The notes beneath the pieces are model-generated. The model was not told the origin of the DNA. It was given only the letters and a program-made list of their open reading frames with translations, and ran no database searches. A stretch of 64,000 bases of DNA from positions 1 to 64,000 of IMG/VR virus record IMGVR_UViG_2706795957_000001; one strand, given 5' to 3'. The translations under genes and the position numbers were made by a program. Of this stretch, positions 8,258 through 17,637 are shown in pieces. Each line of letters starts with the position of its first letter. The stretch's first letter is position 1. This stretch comes from a virus (Duplodnaviria > Caudoviricetes).

Positions 8258-9868
8258 ATGGAAGCCGAACCGCAGCCGGATACTCCGGAGTACACGTTCA
8301 TCCAACTCATGGAGAAGATGAACGAGGACCTTCCGGAGAACGAGCGCGTCCAGTCTCCGTACCAGCCGACCACCCGCCAGGAGCGCCTGGATCTGCTGTG
8401 GGACTACATCATCGGCAATCCGCCCCTGCCGCAGGTGGCCGATCGCTATGCAGACATCTTCCGCCAGGTCATGCGTAAGGCCCGATCTAACTGGGCCCTG
8501 CTCATCGTCGAGTCCATGGTCGACCGCTCGCGCATCAACTCGGTGTCGACCGAGGCTGACTCCGACTTCGACGGTGACGACGTCGCTAAGCGGATCCACG
8601 ACTTCTCCGGATTCGGTGCGTTTCTGTCCGACCTGCAGACCCACCTGTTTTGCTTCGGCGAGGCCTACGCTCGCGCGCTCAAGCCCGAGGAAGTCCTTGG
8701 TGACGACCCTGAGTCGCCCGCGGTTGGCCCCGAGGGCACCCCGCCGATGTTCGTCGTCGAGGACCCGCGCAACTGTGTCGGCCTGGACGACCCGCAGCGC
8801 CCCGGAAAGCTCAGGGCGTGGGTGAAGGTCTGGGACGACGATACCCTCGATCAGCAGGTTGCTGTCATGTACTGGAACTCGGTTCAGTACATCGCACGGC
8901 GCGAAGAGGGTGCCACGTCAGAGACTTTCGACCCCGAAGAGTGGGACTGGACGTCCGGCGTCGAGGGCGAGTCCCCGCAGACCTCGATGCCCGAGCTTGC
9001 CGGCTACGGCGGCGTCCCGGTCGTGAAGTTCACCAACAAGATGGCCATGGGTGAGTTCGAACCGCATCTGGATGTCCTGGACCGCTTGATGGACCAGACC
9101 CTGCAGCGCATCGTCATCGCCTGGTACCAGAGCTTCAAGCAGCGTGCCGTCATCGGCAACCTGGACGGCGGCGAGGACTACTCGGAGTCCGATCAGGTTA
9201 ACTCGCTGATCCGCGACATGCGTAACGGCGACTCGGGCGAGCTTCAGAGCCTGTTCGAGGCTGACCCGGGTGCCCTGTGGGTCGTTCCCGAGGGCGTCCA
9301 GTTCTGGGAGTCCTCGGAGGCTCAACTCGAGCCGATCCAACTGGCCCACCGCGACGATCTGCGCGAGCTGGCCGCGGCGTCCCGGACTCCGCTGTCGATG
9401 TTCCACCCTGATGGTGCGAACCAGACGGCGCAGGGCTCGGAGATGCAGGAGAAGGCGCACGTCGACAAGATCCAGGATCGCCAGGCCCGCATGAACCAGG
9501 GTCTCGCGCTGCTGCATCAGATCGGCTTCGCCTACCTGCAGGACGAGCCGCGCACGGTCGGCGTCCGCGTCAACTGGGCCAACGCATCGCGCATGTCGAT
9601 GCAGATCATGGCCGATGCCACCCAGGCCACCGTCGGCGTTCTGAGCCGCAAGCGTCAGCTGATCCACATCTGGGGTATGACGCCGGAAGAGGTGCGCCTT
9701 AACGAGACCGAGCTGCTGCAGGAGCAGATGATGGCCCAGTCGATGGCGATCGATACCACCGCGACCAACGACACCGACAGCAACGCCGGCAACAATGATG
9801 CCGAGCAGGCGACCGCAGCCAACGAGTCGAACGCTGAGCAGGAGCCCGCCAACGCAGGAGCCGAGTGA
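8258..9868 (+). CDS. Portal protein
   Basis: Position, 536 aa, SPP1-type motifs (NWALLIVE, GVPVVKF...GEFE). Confidence 0.9.
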   Translation: MEAEPQPDTPEYTFIQLMEKMNEDLPENERVQSPYQPTTRQERLDLLWDYIIGNPPLPQVADRYADIFRQVMRKARSNWALLIVESMVDRSRINSVSTEADSDFDGDDVAKRIHDFSGFGAFLSDLQTHLFCFGEAYARALKPEEVLGDDPESPAVGPEGTPPMFVVEDPRNCVGLDDPQRPGKLRAWVKVWDDDTLDQQVAVMYWNSVQYIARREEGATSETFDPEEWDWTSGVEGESPQTSMPELAGYGGVPVVKFTNKMAMGEFEPHLDVLDRLMDQTLQRIVIAWYQSFKQRAVIGNLDGGEDYSESDQVNSLIRDMRNGDSGELQSLFEADPGALWVVPEGVQFWESSEAQLEPIQLAHRDDLRELAAASRTPLSMFHPDGANQTAQGSEMQEKAHVDKIQDRQARMNQGLALLHQIGFAYLQDEPRTVGVRVNWANASRMSMQIMADATQATVGVLSRKRQLIHIWGMTPEEVRLNETELLQEQMMAQSMAIDTTATNDTDSNAGNNDAEQATAANESNAEQEPANAGAE

Positions 9869-10794
9869 TGGCGCCCAACCCGCAGCAGTTCCTGAGGCTG
9901 GTGGACAGCTACAGCAGGCAGCGCCAGACCATCACGGACCGCCTTGAGGCCCAGGTTGATTCGATCTGGTCCCGAGTTGACCCGTACAAGGGTGCAGAGG
10001 TCAAGGAGTTCGTCGAGCAGGCCACGATGTTCACTACCGCGGCCCAGCAGCAGGTGATCTACCTTGCCACCGCGACTCAGCGTCAGGCCCTGAACCTCAT
10101 GGGCGTCAACGACATGGACGACTACGTGCCGAATGTCCCAGACGAGGTTCGGATGTACTCCGAGGCCGAGGTCTACGAGTTCGCCCGACCCGTCACCCGC
10201 CGTACAGATCAGGGTCCTTCGAATCGCCTACCTGCAGATGAAGTGTTCAATCGACCGGCCCGTCAGTACCGCGCTTTGCGTAAAGAGGGCAAGTCCCATA
10301 AGGAATCACTTGACGCGACGCGAAATCGTGTCAAAGTTATTGTAGGAACCAATCTGGCTTTGGCTCAGCGTGAAGCTGAGACGCAGGTTATCCAGGCATC
10401 GACCAGGAAGTCGAAGTCTAAGAACAAGCCCATTGGTTATCGAAGGATCATCCACCCCGAGCGTTCGAAATCGGGGATTGTGTGCGGCCTCTGTGTCGCA
10501 GCCGCATCTCGCACCTACACGATCGAAGACCTTCAGCCACTGCATGACCACTGCAACTGCACCATCCTCCCAGTCACCGCGGAGATGGACCCCGGCCTCG
10601 ATCTGAACGAGCAGGACCTCAAGAACCTGTACGGCCCGGACGGCAAGACTGCAGCGGAATACCTACTCACACTCAGCTACAAGGTCGAACAGCACGGTGA
10701 ACTCGGCCCCATTCTCGTTCCCGAGAAGGGTGCCGGCGGAATCATTCACTTCAACCAGAACAGCCCGACAGCCGAACAGGCAGAGGCTGCTTGA
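9865..10794 (+). CDS. MuF-like minor capsid / capsid maturation protein
   Basis: YRRI...CGLC...PLHDHCNC.ILPV; follows portal. Confidence 0.75.
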   Translation: MMAPNPQQFLRLVDSYSRQRQTITDRLEAQVDSIWSRVDPYKGAEVKEFVEQATMFTTAAQQQVIYLATATQRQALNLMGVNDMDDYVPNVPDEVRMYSEAEVYEFARPVTRRTDQGPSNRLPADEVFNRPARQYRALRKEGKSHKESLDATRNRVKVIVGTNLALAQREAETQVIQASTRKSKSKNKPIGYRRIIHPERSKSGIVCGLCVAAASRTYTIEDLQPLHDHCNCTILPVTAEMDPGLDLNEQDLKNLYGPDGKTAAEYLLTLSYKVEQHGELGPILVPEKGAGGIIHFNQNSPTAEQAEAA

Positions 10795-10855
10795 TCATCC
10801 GTTCTGTCAAGAGCGGCTCCATTCACAACTATCCCGACAGGGGAGTAACATCGCA

Positions 10856-11653
10856 ATGACTTCTTCGAATCTGCCCATTCATCCGGTCACCGGCCTTCGC
10901 GCCCTGGGAATCGGAAAGCGGGGCCCGATCTGGCCGGCCATTGGCGCATCGCCCGAGCATGACGACCCGGACACCCCGGACCTGGACCTCAGTGACCCCA
11001 GCGGTGGCGAACCGGACCCCAGCGAAGATGACGATCCGGCAGACAGCGGCGAGCCCCAGACCTCGAATGGCAAGCCCTTCGCCACAGACGCCGACGGCAA
11101 CAGCTACGGCTACCCGGTGGACACTCCGGTCAAGGAGATGTCGGTCGAAGAGCAGATGAACTACTGGAAGCGCCAGTCGCGCAAGAAGGAAGATCAGCTC
11201 AAGAAGGCCAAGTCGCCCGACGAGATCGCGAAGCTCGAGCAGGAGCTCGCAGACCTCAAGGCGCAGGGCCAGACCGAGGACCAGAAGAAGTTCCAGGAAG
11301 CAGTCGACGCCGCGCGCGCCGAAGGTGAGACGGAAGCCAAGAACTTCTACCTCCCACTGCTGCACGAGACCCAGATCCGCGGCTACGCACACCCCTTCCT
11401 CAAGGAGGAGAAGGCGATCGACACCTGGCTCCAGGGCATTGCGATCGAGAACTTCGTTGACTCCGAGACTCAGATGATCGACGGAGAGAAGGTCAACTCC
11501 TACCTCAAGGCGATCTACGGAGAGCCCGGTAAGTCGACCACTTCGCCTCAGTTCCAGAACACCGGCCAGTTCCAGGGCCGGAAGAAGGAACGCGTCAACT
11601 ACGCACAGCAGGGCGCGGAAATCGCCGCGCGCCGCTTCGGTACCTCCGACTAA
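10856..11653 (+). CDS. Scaffolding protein
   Basis: Acidic coiled-coil upstream of capsid genes; YWKRQSRK motif. Confidence 0.8.
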   Translation: MTSSNLPIHPVTGLRALGIGKRGPIWPAIGASPEHDDPDTPDLDLSDPSGGEPDPSEDDDPADSGEPQTSNGKPFATDADGNSYGYPVDTPVKEMSVEEQMNYWKRQSRKKEDQLKKAKSPDEIAKLEQELADLKAQGQTEDQKKFQEAVDAARAEGETEAKNFYLPLLHETQIRGYAHPFLKEEKAIDTWLQGIAIENFVDSETQMIDGEKVNSYLKAIYGEPGKSTTSPQFQNTGQFQGRKKERVNYAQQGAEIAARRFGTSD

Positions 11654-11665
11654 GGACACACTCCT

Positions 11666-12067
11666 ATGACTTCCATCGCCCCCCGCGTCACCCGGCAGGT
11701 CTACTCGGACCACAAGGCATGGGTCTACGCAGACATCAGCCTCCAGCCCGGTCGCGCCTCGATCACCCTCGATCTGAGCAAGTTCGTCAAGGGCACCCAC
11801 TACCCGAAGGGCTTTGTGCCGTCGGGTATCCCGCTGGGCAAGATCACCGCCACCGGCCTGTACGGACCCTACGACAACTCGGCCACCGACGGTCGTGAGG
11901 TCTGCGCCGGCTTCCTGTGGGCCCACACCGATGACGTCGTCGATGCCAATGGCAAGACGACCGCCGCCCTCTGGTTCGGCCCCGGTGCCATTCAGGAAAA
12001 CGAGCTGCCCGTGACCATCGACGCCGCAGGCAAGACCGACCTCGCGTCCTGGTTCAAGTTCTTCTGA
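11666..12067 (+). CDS. Capsid decoration protein
   Basis: SGIPLGKITATGLYGPYD..ATDGR motif; precedes the major capsid gene. Confidence 0.8.
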   Translation: MTSIAPRVTRQVYSDHKAWVYADISLQPGRASITLDLSKFVKGTHYPKGFVPSGIPLGKITATGLYGPYDNSATDGREVCAGFLWAHTDDVVDANGKTTAALWFGPGAIQENELPVTIDAAGKTDLASWFKFF

Positions 12068-12113
12068 TCCGGCCTACGACCGCGTCTAACCTCTACTTAG
12101 GAAGTAGCAACCA

Positions 12114-13157
12114 ATGACCAACATTCTCAACGCCCCGGTCCACCCGGACGCGGCCACCGCGTTCGTCCGCCGGGTTCCCGAGCCCTCGGGCAACACCCTC
12201 TCCCAGTTCCTCCCGGACAAGACCATCCAGGACACCCGGGTTGAGGTCACCGACGTCGAACTGACCAGCTCGACGGCTCCCTACCGGTCGTATGACGGCA
12301 ACATCCCGCGGATCAAGCGTGACGGCTTCCAGGTCCGCCAGGTCGAGATGCTGCCGATGAGCCTCCAGGGTGGCAAGGGTGAATTCGAGCGCCTTCAGCT
12401 CGAAAAGGTCCGCCAGACCGGTGGTTCCGACGCTGCGATCGTCGAAGCGATCTACAACGACCTCGAGAAGATCGTCCTGAACATCCGCAACGCCCTCGAG
12501 GTGTACCGCGGCAAGCTGCTCTCGACCGGTCGTGTGACCGTCGCCGAGAACGGCGTCTTCACCGAGGCCGACTTCGGTGTCCCGGCAGAGCACTTCGTCG
12601 GCTCGGACGTCGCCTGGACCGACGTCGAGAACGCCCGTCCGATCACCGACCTGATCGCCTGGTCGGAGGTCTACGCAAACTCCTACGGTCAGCCCGCCGG
12701 CGGCATGATCGTCTCGCGCAAGACCATGGGTCTCCTGCGCGCCAACAAGGAGATCCGTGCCGCCGCGGGCCTCACCAACGCCGATGGTCCGGCCTTCGTG
12801 TCGAACCAGGTCGTCAACGCCGCACTCGCCGCGTTCGACCTGCCTCCGGTCGTGGCCGTCTACGACCAGGTCATCAACGGCCAGCGCGTGATCCCCGAGG
12901 GCAAGGTCATCTTTGTCCCGGCCAACGCCGCCGACCTGGGCAACACCTACTGGGGTGTCTCGGCCACCGCGCTCGAGCTGCTCAACGCCGCGCAGACCGA
13001 CATGTCCTTCTCGGACGCGCCGGGTCTGGTGGGCGTCGTGATCAAGAGCGGCCCGCCCTTCCAGGAGGCTGCGCTGGTCGACTCGATCAACCTGCCCATC
13101 CTCAACAACCCCAAGGCGCTGCTCGTCGCCGACGTCACCGTCAACGCCGGCTCCTGA
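12114..13157 (+). CDS. Major capsid protein
   Basis: Position, size, strong codon bias, lambda-E-like pattern. Confidence 0.9.
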   Translation: MTNILNAPVHPDAATAFVRRVPEPSGNTLSQFLPDKTIQDTRVEVTDVELTSSTAPYRSYDGNIPRIKRDGFQVRQVEMLPMSLQGGKGEFERLQLEKVRQTGGSDAAIVEAIYNDLEKIVLNIRNALEVYRGKLLSTGRVTVAENGVFTEADFGVPAEHFVGSDVAWTDVENARPITDLIAWSEVYANSYGQPAGGMIVSRKTMGLLRANKEIRAAAGLTNADGPAFVSNQVVNAALAAFDLPPVVAVYDQVINGQRVIPEGKVIFVPANAADLGNTYWGVSATALELLNAAQTDMSFSDAPGLVGVVIKSGPPFQEAALVDSINLPILNNPKALLVADVTVNAGS

Positions 13158-13164
13158 GCCAACT

Positions 13165-13199
13165 AGCCACCCAGGGCTCCACGAGGGCCCTGGGTGGCT
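13165..13199 (+). terminator. Hairpin after the capsid gene
   Basis: agccacccaggg.../ccctgggtggct. Confidence 0.6.
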
Positions 13200-13232
13200 C
13201 TACGCCATCGACAAGGGGAGAACGGAAAGCAC

Positions 13233-13478
13233 ATGCCGAATCTGAGACTGAGCGTCTACGTCAAGGGCGCAAACGGACAGACGGGCTGGGTCCGACCGGG
13301 TGACGAGATCCCCGACTGGGCCTACGCCGTGCTGTCGAAGAACCCGAGCCTCTGGGATGGGCCGATTGAGCCACCCAAGGTCGCCGAGGACGCGCCGAAG
13401 CTGCCCGAACCGCAGCCGACGCCGACCACCACCAAGCCCAAGCGCGCACCGCGGAAGGCCGCACCCAAGGAGTCCTGA
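13233..13478 (+). CDS. Hypothetical virion-associated protein
   Basis: PGDEIPDWA motif; Pro/Lys-rich tail. Confidence 0.65.
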   Translation: MPNLRLSVYVKGANGQTGWVRPGDEIPDWAYAVLSKNPSLWDGPIEPPKVAEDAPKLPEPQPTPTTTKPKRAPRKAAPKES

Positions 13479-13864
13479 TGGCGATCTACGTCGAGGTGGA
13501 GGACGTTCAGAAGCGATACCTGAACGGCACCCTGCCTGAGGACTGGGTCGAGCAGCAGATCGAGGACGCCGAGGACCTACTCTTCGAGTACTTCGAGCGG
13601 CTGGAAGCCTCTGCCACCGATAAAGAGATCAAGCGCATCAAACGCGTTGTGGCAGCAGCGATCATCCGCTACTACAACAACCCCCGCGGCATCGTCCGTG
13701 AGCGCATCGAGGAGCAGGAAGTCCAGCTCCGTGACGCCGGCGGCGAGGACGAGTCCGGACTCTACTTCACCAAGAAGGAACTGGACGGCTTCCGACAGTC
13801 CCGCCGACGCGTGGGCATGCTTGGAGTCGATCCGGCGCCGTTCGCAGGACGTGACCAAACGTAA
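13478..13864 (+). CDS. Head-to-tail adaptor
   Basis: Position; R...NPRG...E motif. Confidence 0.75.
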   Translation: MAIYVEVEDVQKRYLNGTLPEDWVEQQIEDAEDLLFEYFERLEASATDKEIKRIKRVVAAAIIRYYNNPRGIVRERIEEQEVQLRDAGGEDESGLYFTKKELDGFRQSRRRVGMLGVDPAPFAGRDQT

Positions 13865-14208
13865 TGGGCGAAGAGATTGAGATCTACCGCCAGACAACGA
13901 CTGGCCGCGTCAAGCATGGCGGACACGCCAAGGGGGAGCGCGAACGCGACTACTCCCACACGATCGACGATGTCATCATCAGCTACGACGACACCGAGAC
14001 CGAAGAGTCCGGCGAACGCCTGCGGGACGCGCGCACGATACGCGTGAAGATCTGGGTCACCAGAGGATCCGACATCCTGGCCCAGGATCGCATCAAGCTC
14101 CCCGACGGGCTGTTCTACCGCGTCGACGGAAAGCCCCTGGAGCGCAAGTCCGGACTGACCGGAAACATCGCGCGAACCAAGATTCTCCTGGTCCGCACGG
14201 AAGGCTAA
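13864..14208 (+). CDS. Head-to-tail stopper
   Basis: DI...DRIKLPDG..YRVDGKP motif. Confidence 0.7.
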   Translation: MGEEIEIYRQTTTGRVKHGGHAKGERERDYSHTIDDVIISYDDTETEESGERLRDARTIRVKIWVTRGSDILAQDRIKLPDGLFYRVDGKPLERKSGLTGNIARTKILLVRTEG

Positions 14209-14210
14209 AT

Positions 14211-14657
14211 ATGGCCAGACCACGCCGTGTAACGATCGACTTCGAGCCCAAGAGGCCCTATATCGGAAATGCCTTGAAGAGCATGCCAATCAAGCGCATG
14301 CTTAATGAGAAGGTTGAGCTCGGTAAACAGCTCTATTCCAAAAGGGTCGTCAAGGGTAAGCGGCATCGTCCCGGCCAGCCCCGCAACTACCGGAGTATTT
14401 CTGGAAAAGTGGGCCTTGGTGGTGATGACAAAGACCGCTGGACCGGTGAAATCGCAACCACAGCACGTCATGGCCTGCCCCGAGAATTCGGTGCGGCGTC
14501 TGAGATAAAGCGTGGTGGGGGATACACCAAGCAGGTCGCCAAACGATACGAACGAAGCGTCAGAGGTCGAGCAAAGCAGCGTGGAAATGCTGAGCATGTC
14601 CTGGGTGGTGACAGCCGCCGCAGGGCCAGCATTGTGAAGACCTTGGAGGTACGGTGA
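14211..14657 (+). CDS. Neck/tail completion protein (basic)
   Basis: Position; REFG motif. Confidence 0.55.
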   Translation: MARPRRVTIDFEPKRPYIGNALKSMPIKRMLNEKVELGKQLYSKRVVKGKRHRPGQPRNYRSISGKVGLGGDDKDRWTGEIATTARHGLPREFGAASEIKRGGGYTKQVAKRYERSVRGRAKQRGNAEHVLGGDSRRRASIVKTLEVR

Positions 14658-15118
14658 CCCCGGACGACATCGACGCAGAACTCCTATATCTGGAGTATCT
14701 GAGCGACCTGGGTTACACCGATACCGCCATCCCCGAGTGGAACGACTTCGCCGCGGCTGAGGCCAATGGTGAGTACTTCGCCGGCTGGGAAGACATTCTG
14801 CCGATCATCGTGGTCAACCGCCTGCCTGCAGGTGGTGTCGACGACGAGGGCCTGACCGACGAAGCCATGCTGGCCATCGTTTGCATCGGTCGAGATCGCA
14901 AGGAAGCCTGGGACACTCACCGCAAGGTCCAGAAGAAGGTCCTCAACGGCGGTAACCCCTACGAGATCGTCCAGAAGAACGAAGACGGAGATGTACTCGG
15001 CACCGTCCTCATCGAGCCCACCAGGGCTGTTGAGGCCGGATCGCTTGAGCCAGACTTCGACCCCGACAACAGGTTTGTCGAGGCGACGTACTGGGCACCA
15101 ATCTCCCTTCGTTTCTAA
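14654..15118 (+). CDS. Tail terminator
   Basis: Position; LPIIVVNR..GG motif. Confidence 0.7.
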   Translation: MTPDDIDAELLYLEYLSDLGYTDTAIPEWNDFAAAEANGEYFAGWEDILPIIVVNRLPAGGVDDEGLTDEAMLAIVCIGRDRKEAWDTHRKVQKKVLNGGNPYEIVQKNEDGDVLGTVLIEPTRAVEAGSLEPDFDPDNRFVEATYWAPISLRF

Positions 15119-15564
15119 TGGCTAACGCAACAGTACGAACATGCCTGCAGTGCTCCGCGGAGTTCTCACGGACATCGCGTTCTCAGAGCCTGCAGCTCTG
15201 CCAAGACTGTGACGGCGTCTACGCACGCTGCATTCGCTGCGGTGAATTGAAGTCAACGGACCATTTCAACGCACACAAGTCGCGTCGAAACGGACTCGAC
15301 AACAAATGCAGAGAATGTGACGCCGACCGCAAACTGCGCGAGCGATATGGAATCTCTCTCGCGGAATACAACGACCTGCTCGACGAGCAAGACGGAAAAT
15401 GCGCAATCTGCCACACCGTCGCGAAACTGCACGTCGATCACTGTCACGCCACTGGAAAGAAGCGGGGACTCCTCTGCTCCCAGTGCAACACGGCAATCGG
15501 ACTTCTCAAAGAGGACTTGAATCTCCTCTCTCGAGCTGCCGAGTACCTCGAACTTCACCACTGA
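15118..15564 (+). CDS. Endonuclease VII-family (HNH) endonuclease
   Basis: YGIS..EY..LL..Q.GKCAIC...LHVDHCH.TG..RGLLC..CN..IG. Confidence 0.9.
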   Translation: MANATVRTCLQCSAEFSRTSRSQSLQLCQDCDGVYARCIRCGELKSTDHFNAHKSRRNGLDNKCRECDADRKLRERYGISLAEYNDLLDEQDGKCAICHTVAKLHVDHCHATGKKRGLLCSQCNTAIGLLKEDLNLLSRAAEYLELHH

Positions 15565-15612
15565 GGTTCGCGGCACCACACCATCTTCCATCAATTGCTT
15601 AGGAGAGCAATA

Positions 15613-16278
15613 ATGGCCACTCTCTCGGACATTCAGGGCATTCGTAAGGCACTGATCCGCAAGCCCCTCGCTGGCGGCATCCTCTTCGCCCCCAAGTCGG
15701 CTGCAGACCCGACCTCCTGGACGACCTACACCGCAGGTCCCCCGGCGACCATCACCTTCAACAAGCCGGTCGGCTTCGAGCCGCTGGGCGCGATCTCCAA
15801 GGAGAACCCGCCGACCTTCACCCCGGAGACCGAGGTCTCGGATGTGGAGACCTGGGGCCTGCTCGAGGCGTCGCGTACCGACATCATCTCGCGCAACACC
15901 ACGGTGAACTTCGTGGCGCAGGAGACCAACCGTAAGGTCCTCGAGCTCTACCACAACGCCGACTACAGCGGCATCACCCCGGACGCGCAGACCGGCGAGG
16001 TTCAGTTCGCCGATCCGACCGCCCCGGACGTGATCTACCACCGCGCTGCCTTCGTCACTGTCGACGGCCAGGGCGACCGTGCCATCTACATCATCAAGTA
16101 CTGCCCGAACTTCATCATCACCGAGGTCGGCGAGCAGTCGTGGTCGCAGGATGGCGCGATCGACTACAACATCACCGGTCGCGCGAAGGTCGACGAGGAC
16201 GCCGGCTTCGCCGTCAAGACCATCATCTGCGGTCCGGGCTGGAAGGCCCTCGAGGCCGAGCACGGCTTCGGCTCCTGA
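15613..16278 (+). CDS. Major tail protein
   Basis: Position, AGGAG SD, codon bias. Confidence 0.85.
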   Translation: MATLSDIQGIRKALIRKPLAGGILFAPKSAADPTSWTTYTAGPPATITFNKPVGFEPLGAISKENPPTFTPETEVSDVETWGLLEASRTDIISRNTTVNFVAQETNRKVLELYHNADYSGITPDAQTGEVQFADPTAPDVIYHRAAFVTVDGQGDRAIYIIKYCPNFIITEVGEQSWSQDGAIDYNITGRAKVDEDAGFAVKTIICGPGWKALEAEHGFGS

Positions 16279-16301
16279 TCGCGGGCCTTCGGGCCCATAG
16301 T

Positions 16302-16345
16302 CGTTGCCCCGCTGCCGAATTCTCCCCGGCGGCAGCGGGGCAACG
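16302..16345 (+). terminator. Hairpin after the major tail gene
   Basis: 16-bp perfect stem cgttgccccgctgccg/cggcagcggggcaacg. Confidence 0.6.
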
Positions 16346-16386
16346 TTCCAACTTACCCGGGGATCTTCACAGGAGACATCAACACG

Positions 16387-16605
16387 ATGGCGAACTTCGA
16401 GCGAAAGCTCCTGGTCAACAACGCCGGCCATGCCGCGTATGTCGACAACGCAGTGGACTACCACAACCTCCTTGCCCGCGGATACAGCGAGCAGGCGACG
16501 GGCGGGTCCGCCCCCGCGCCCGCAGCGGTTGAGCCCGCGGTGAGCGTGCCGGCACCGGTCGGTATCCCGCCCCGCGCAGCCGACACCAAGTCGTCCAAGA
16601 AGTAA
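16387..16605 (+). CDS. Hypothetical protein
   Basis: AGGAG SD, 72 aa. Confidence 0.6.
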   Translation: MANFERKLLVNNAGHAAYVDNAVDYHNLLARGYSEQATGGSAPAPAAVEPAVSVPAPVGIPPRAADTKSSKK

Positions 16606-16641
16606 CCAACCACCAATCAATTCTCTTAGGGGAGAAGATCA

Positions 16642-17106
16642 ATGAGTGAAGACGCCAAGGTCAACGAGACCGCCAACGAGCTTGACGACGATGATGTCGT
16701 GACCGCCGACGCCGGCGAGGAGACGAAGGAAGAGAAGCCCTCGCGCTTCTGGACCCTCTTCGACGAGGCGATGGGGGAGTATGTCGCCAAGGAGCCGTAC
16801 CCGTTCGACGGGTTCGGTGTCGACAACATCATCCCGATTCCGGCCCCGGACACCGCGGACCGTGCCCTGGCGATCGTCAACCTGTGTGACCTCGAGGGCG
16901 ATGTCGACGTCAAGGACGTGCAGCCCTACATGAAGGCACTGCTCGGAGACGCTGCCTACGAGGTCATCTGGCCGAAGTTCATCGGCCCGTTCCCGGTCGT
17001 CGTCGCGCTCAAGTTTGCCGAGGAGCTCACCAACTACTTCTTCGGTGGCCAGCTCGAGGCGATTCGTGCAGCCGCGGCGCGTGTGCCGGGGGGTTCGTCG
17101 GCCTAG
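16642..17106 (+). CDS. Tail assembly chaperone (short form)
   Basis: Position; slippery G GGG GGT at 17088-17094. Confidence 0.85.
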   Translation: MSEDAKVNETANELDDDDVVTADAGEETKEEKPSRFWTLFDEAMGEYVAKEPYPFDGFGVDNIIPIPAPDTADRALAIVNLCDLEGDVDVKDVQPYMKALLGDAAYEVIWPKFIGPFPVVVALKFAEELTNYFFGGQLEAIRAAAARVPGGSSA

Positions 17107-17615
17107 TCGAGATCATCGAGGCCTACGGCTGGGCCATCGAGGGCGATCTCATGGATCGCGGATTCACTCTTCATGAGTACTTCCGTGGAGATCGCCCTTG
17201 GCCTCAGCTCATCCGGTTTCTGACCGGCCTACCCAGCGAATCTCGCTACAAGTCGGCGATCTACACCAATGAAAAACTCGCCGAAGAGATGGTCAAGGCA
17301 CAGAGGCTGATTGAGCAAATCGAGCGTGACCGCATGCTCGAGAACGGTGTCGCCCCCCCTGAAGAGGAGGAGGGCGAGGACCCGCGCACCACCCCCACGT
17401 CATTCTTCGGCTGGACCCGCGAAGCCGATCTGCTCGCCCAGCTGAACGACAACATCAAGGTTCTCACTTCCACCCTCATCGGCGTGAATCTGCCCAAGGG
17501 CAAGCGTCCGCCGAGGGTTCGCCCTACGCCGCGACCCGTCTCGGCTGTCGAGGCCGTCAAACGTCGAATCGAACGCGACGAAGCCAAGCAAGCCATGAAG
17601 GAGCTCGGCTTCTAG
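16642..17615 (+). CDS. Tail assembly chaperone, -1 frameshift product
   Basis: The -1 frame from 17088 is open and in frame with ORF 17151..17615. Confidence 0.8.
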
Positions 17616-17637
17616 TCTCACGCAAGGAGTCTCACTG

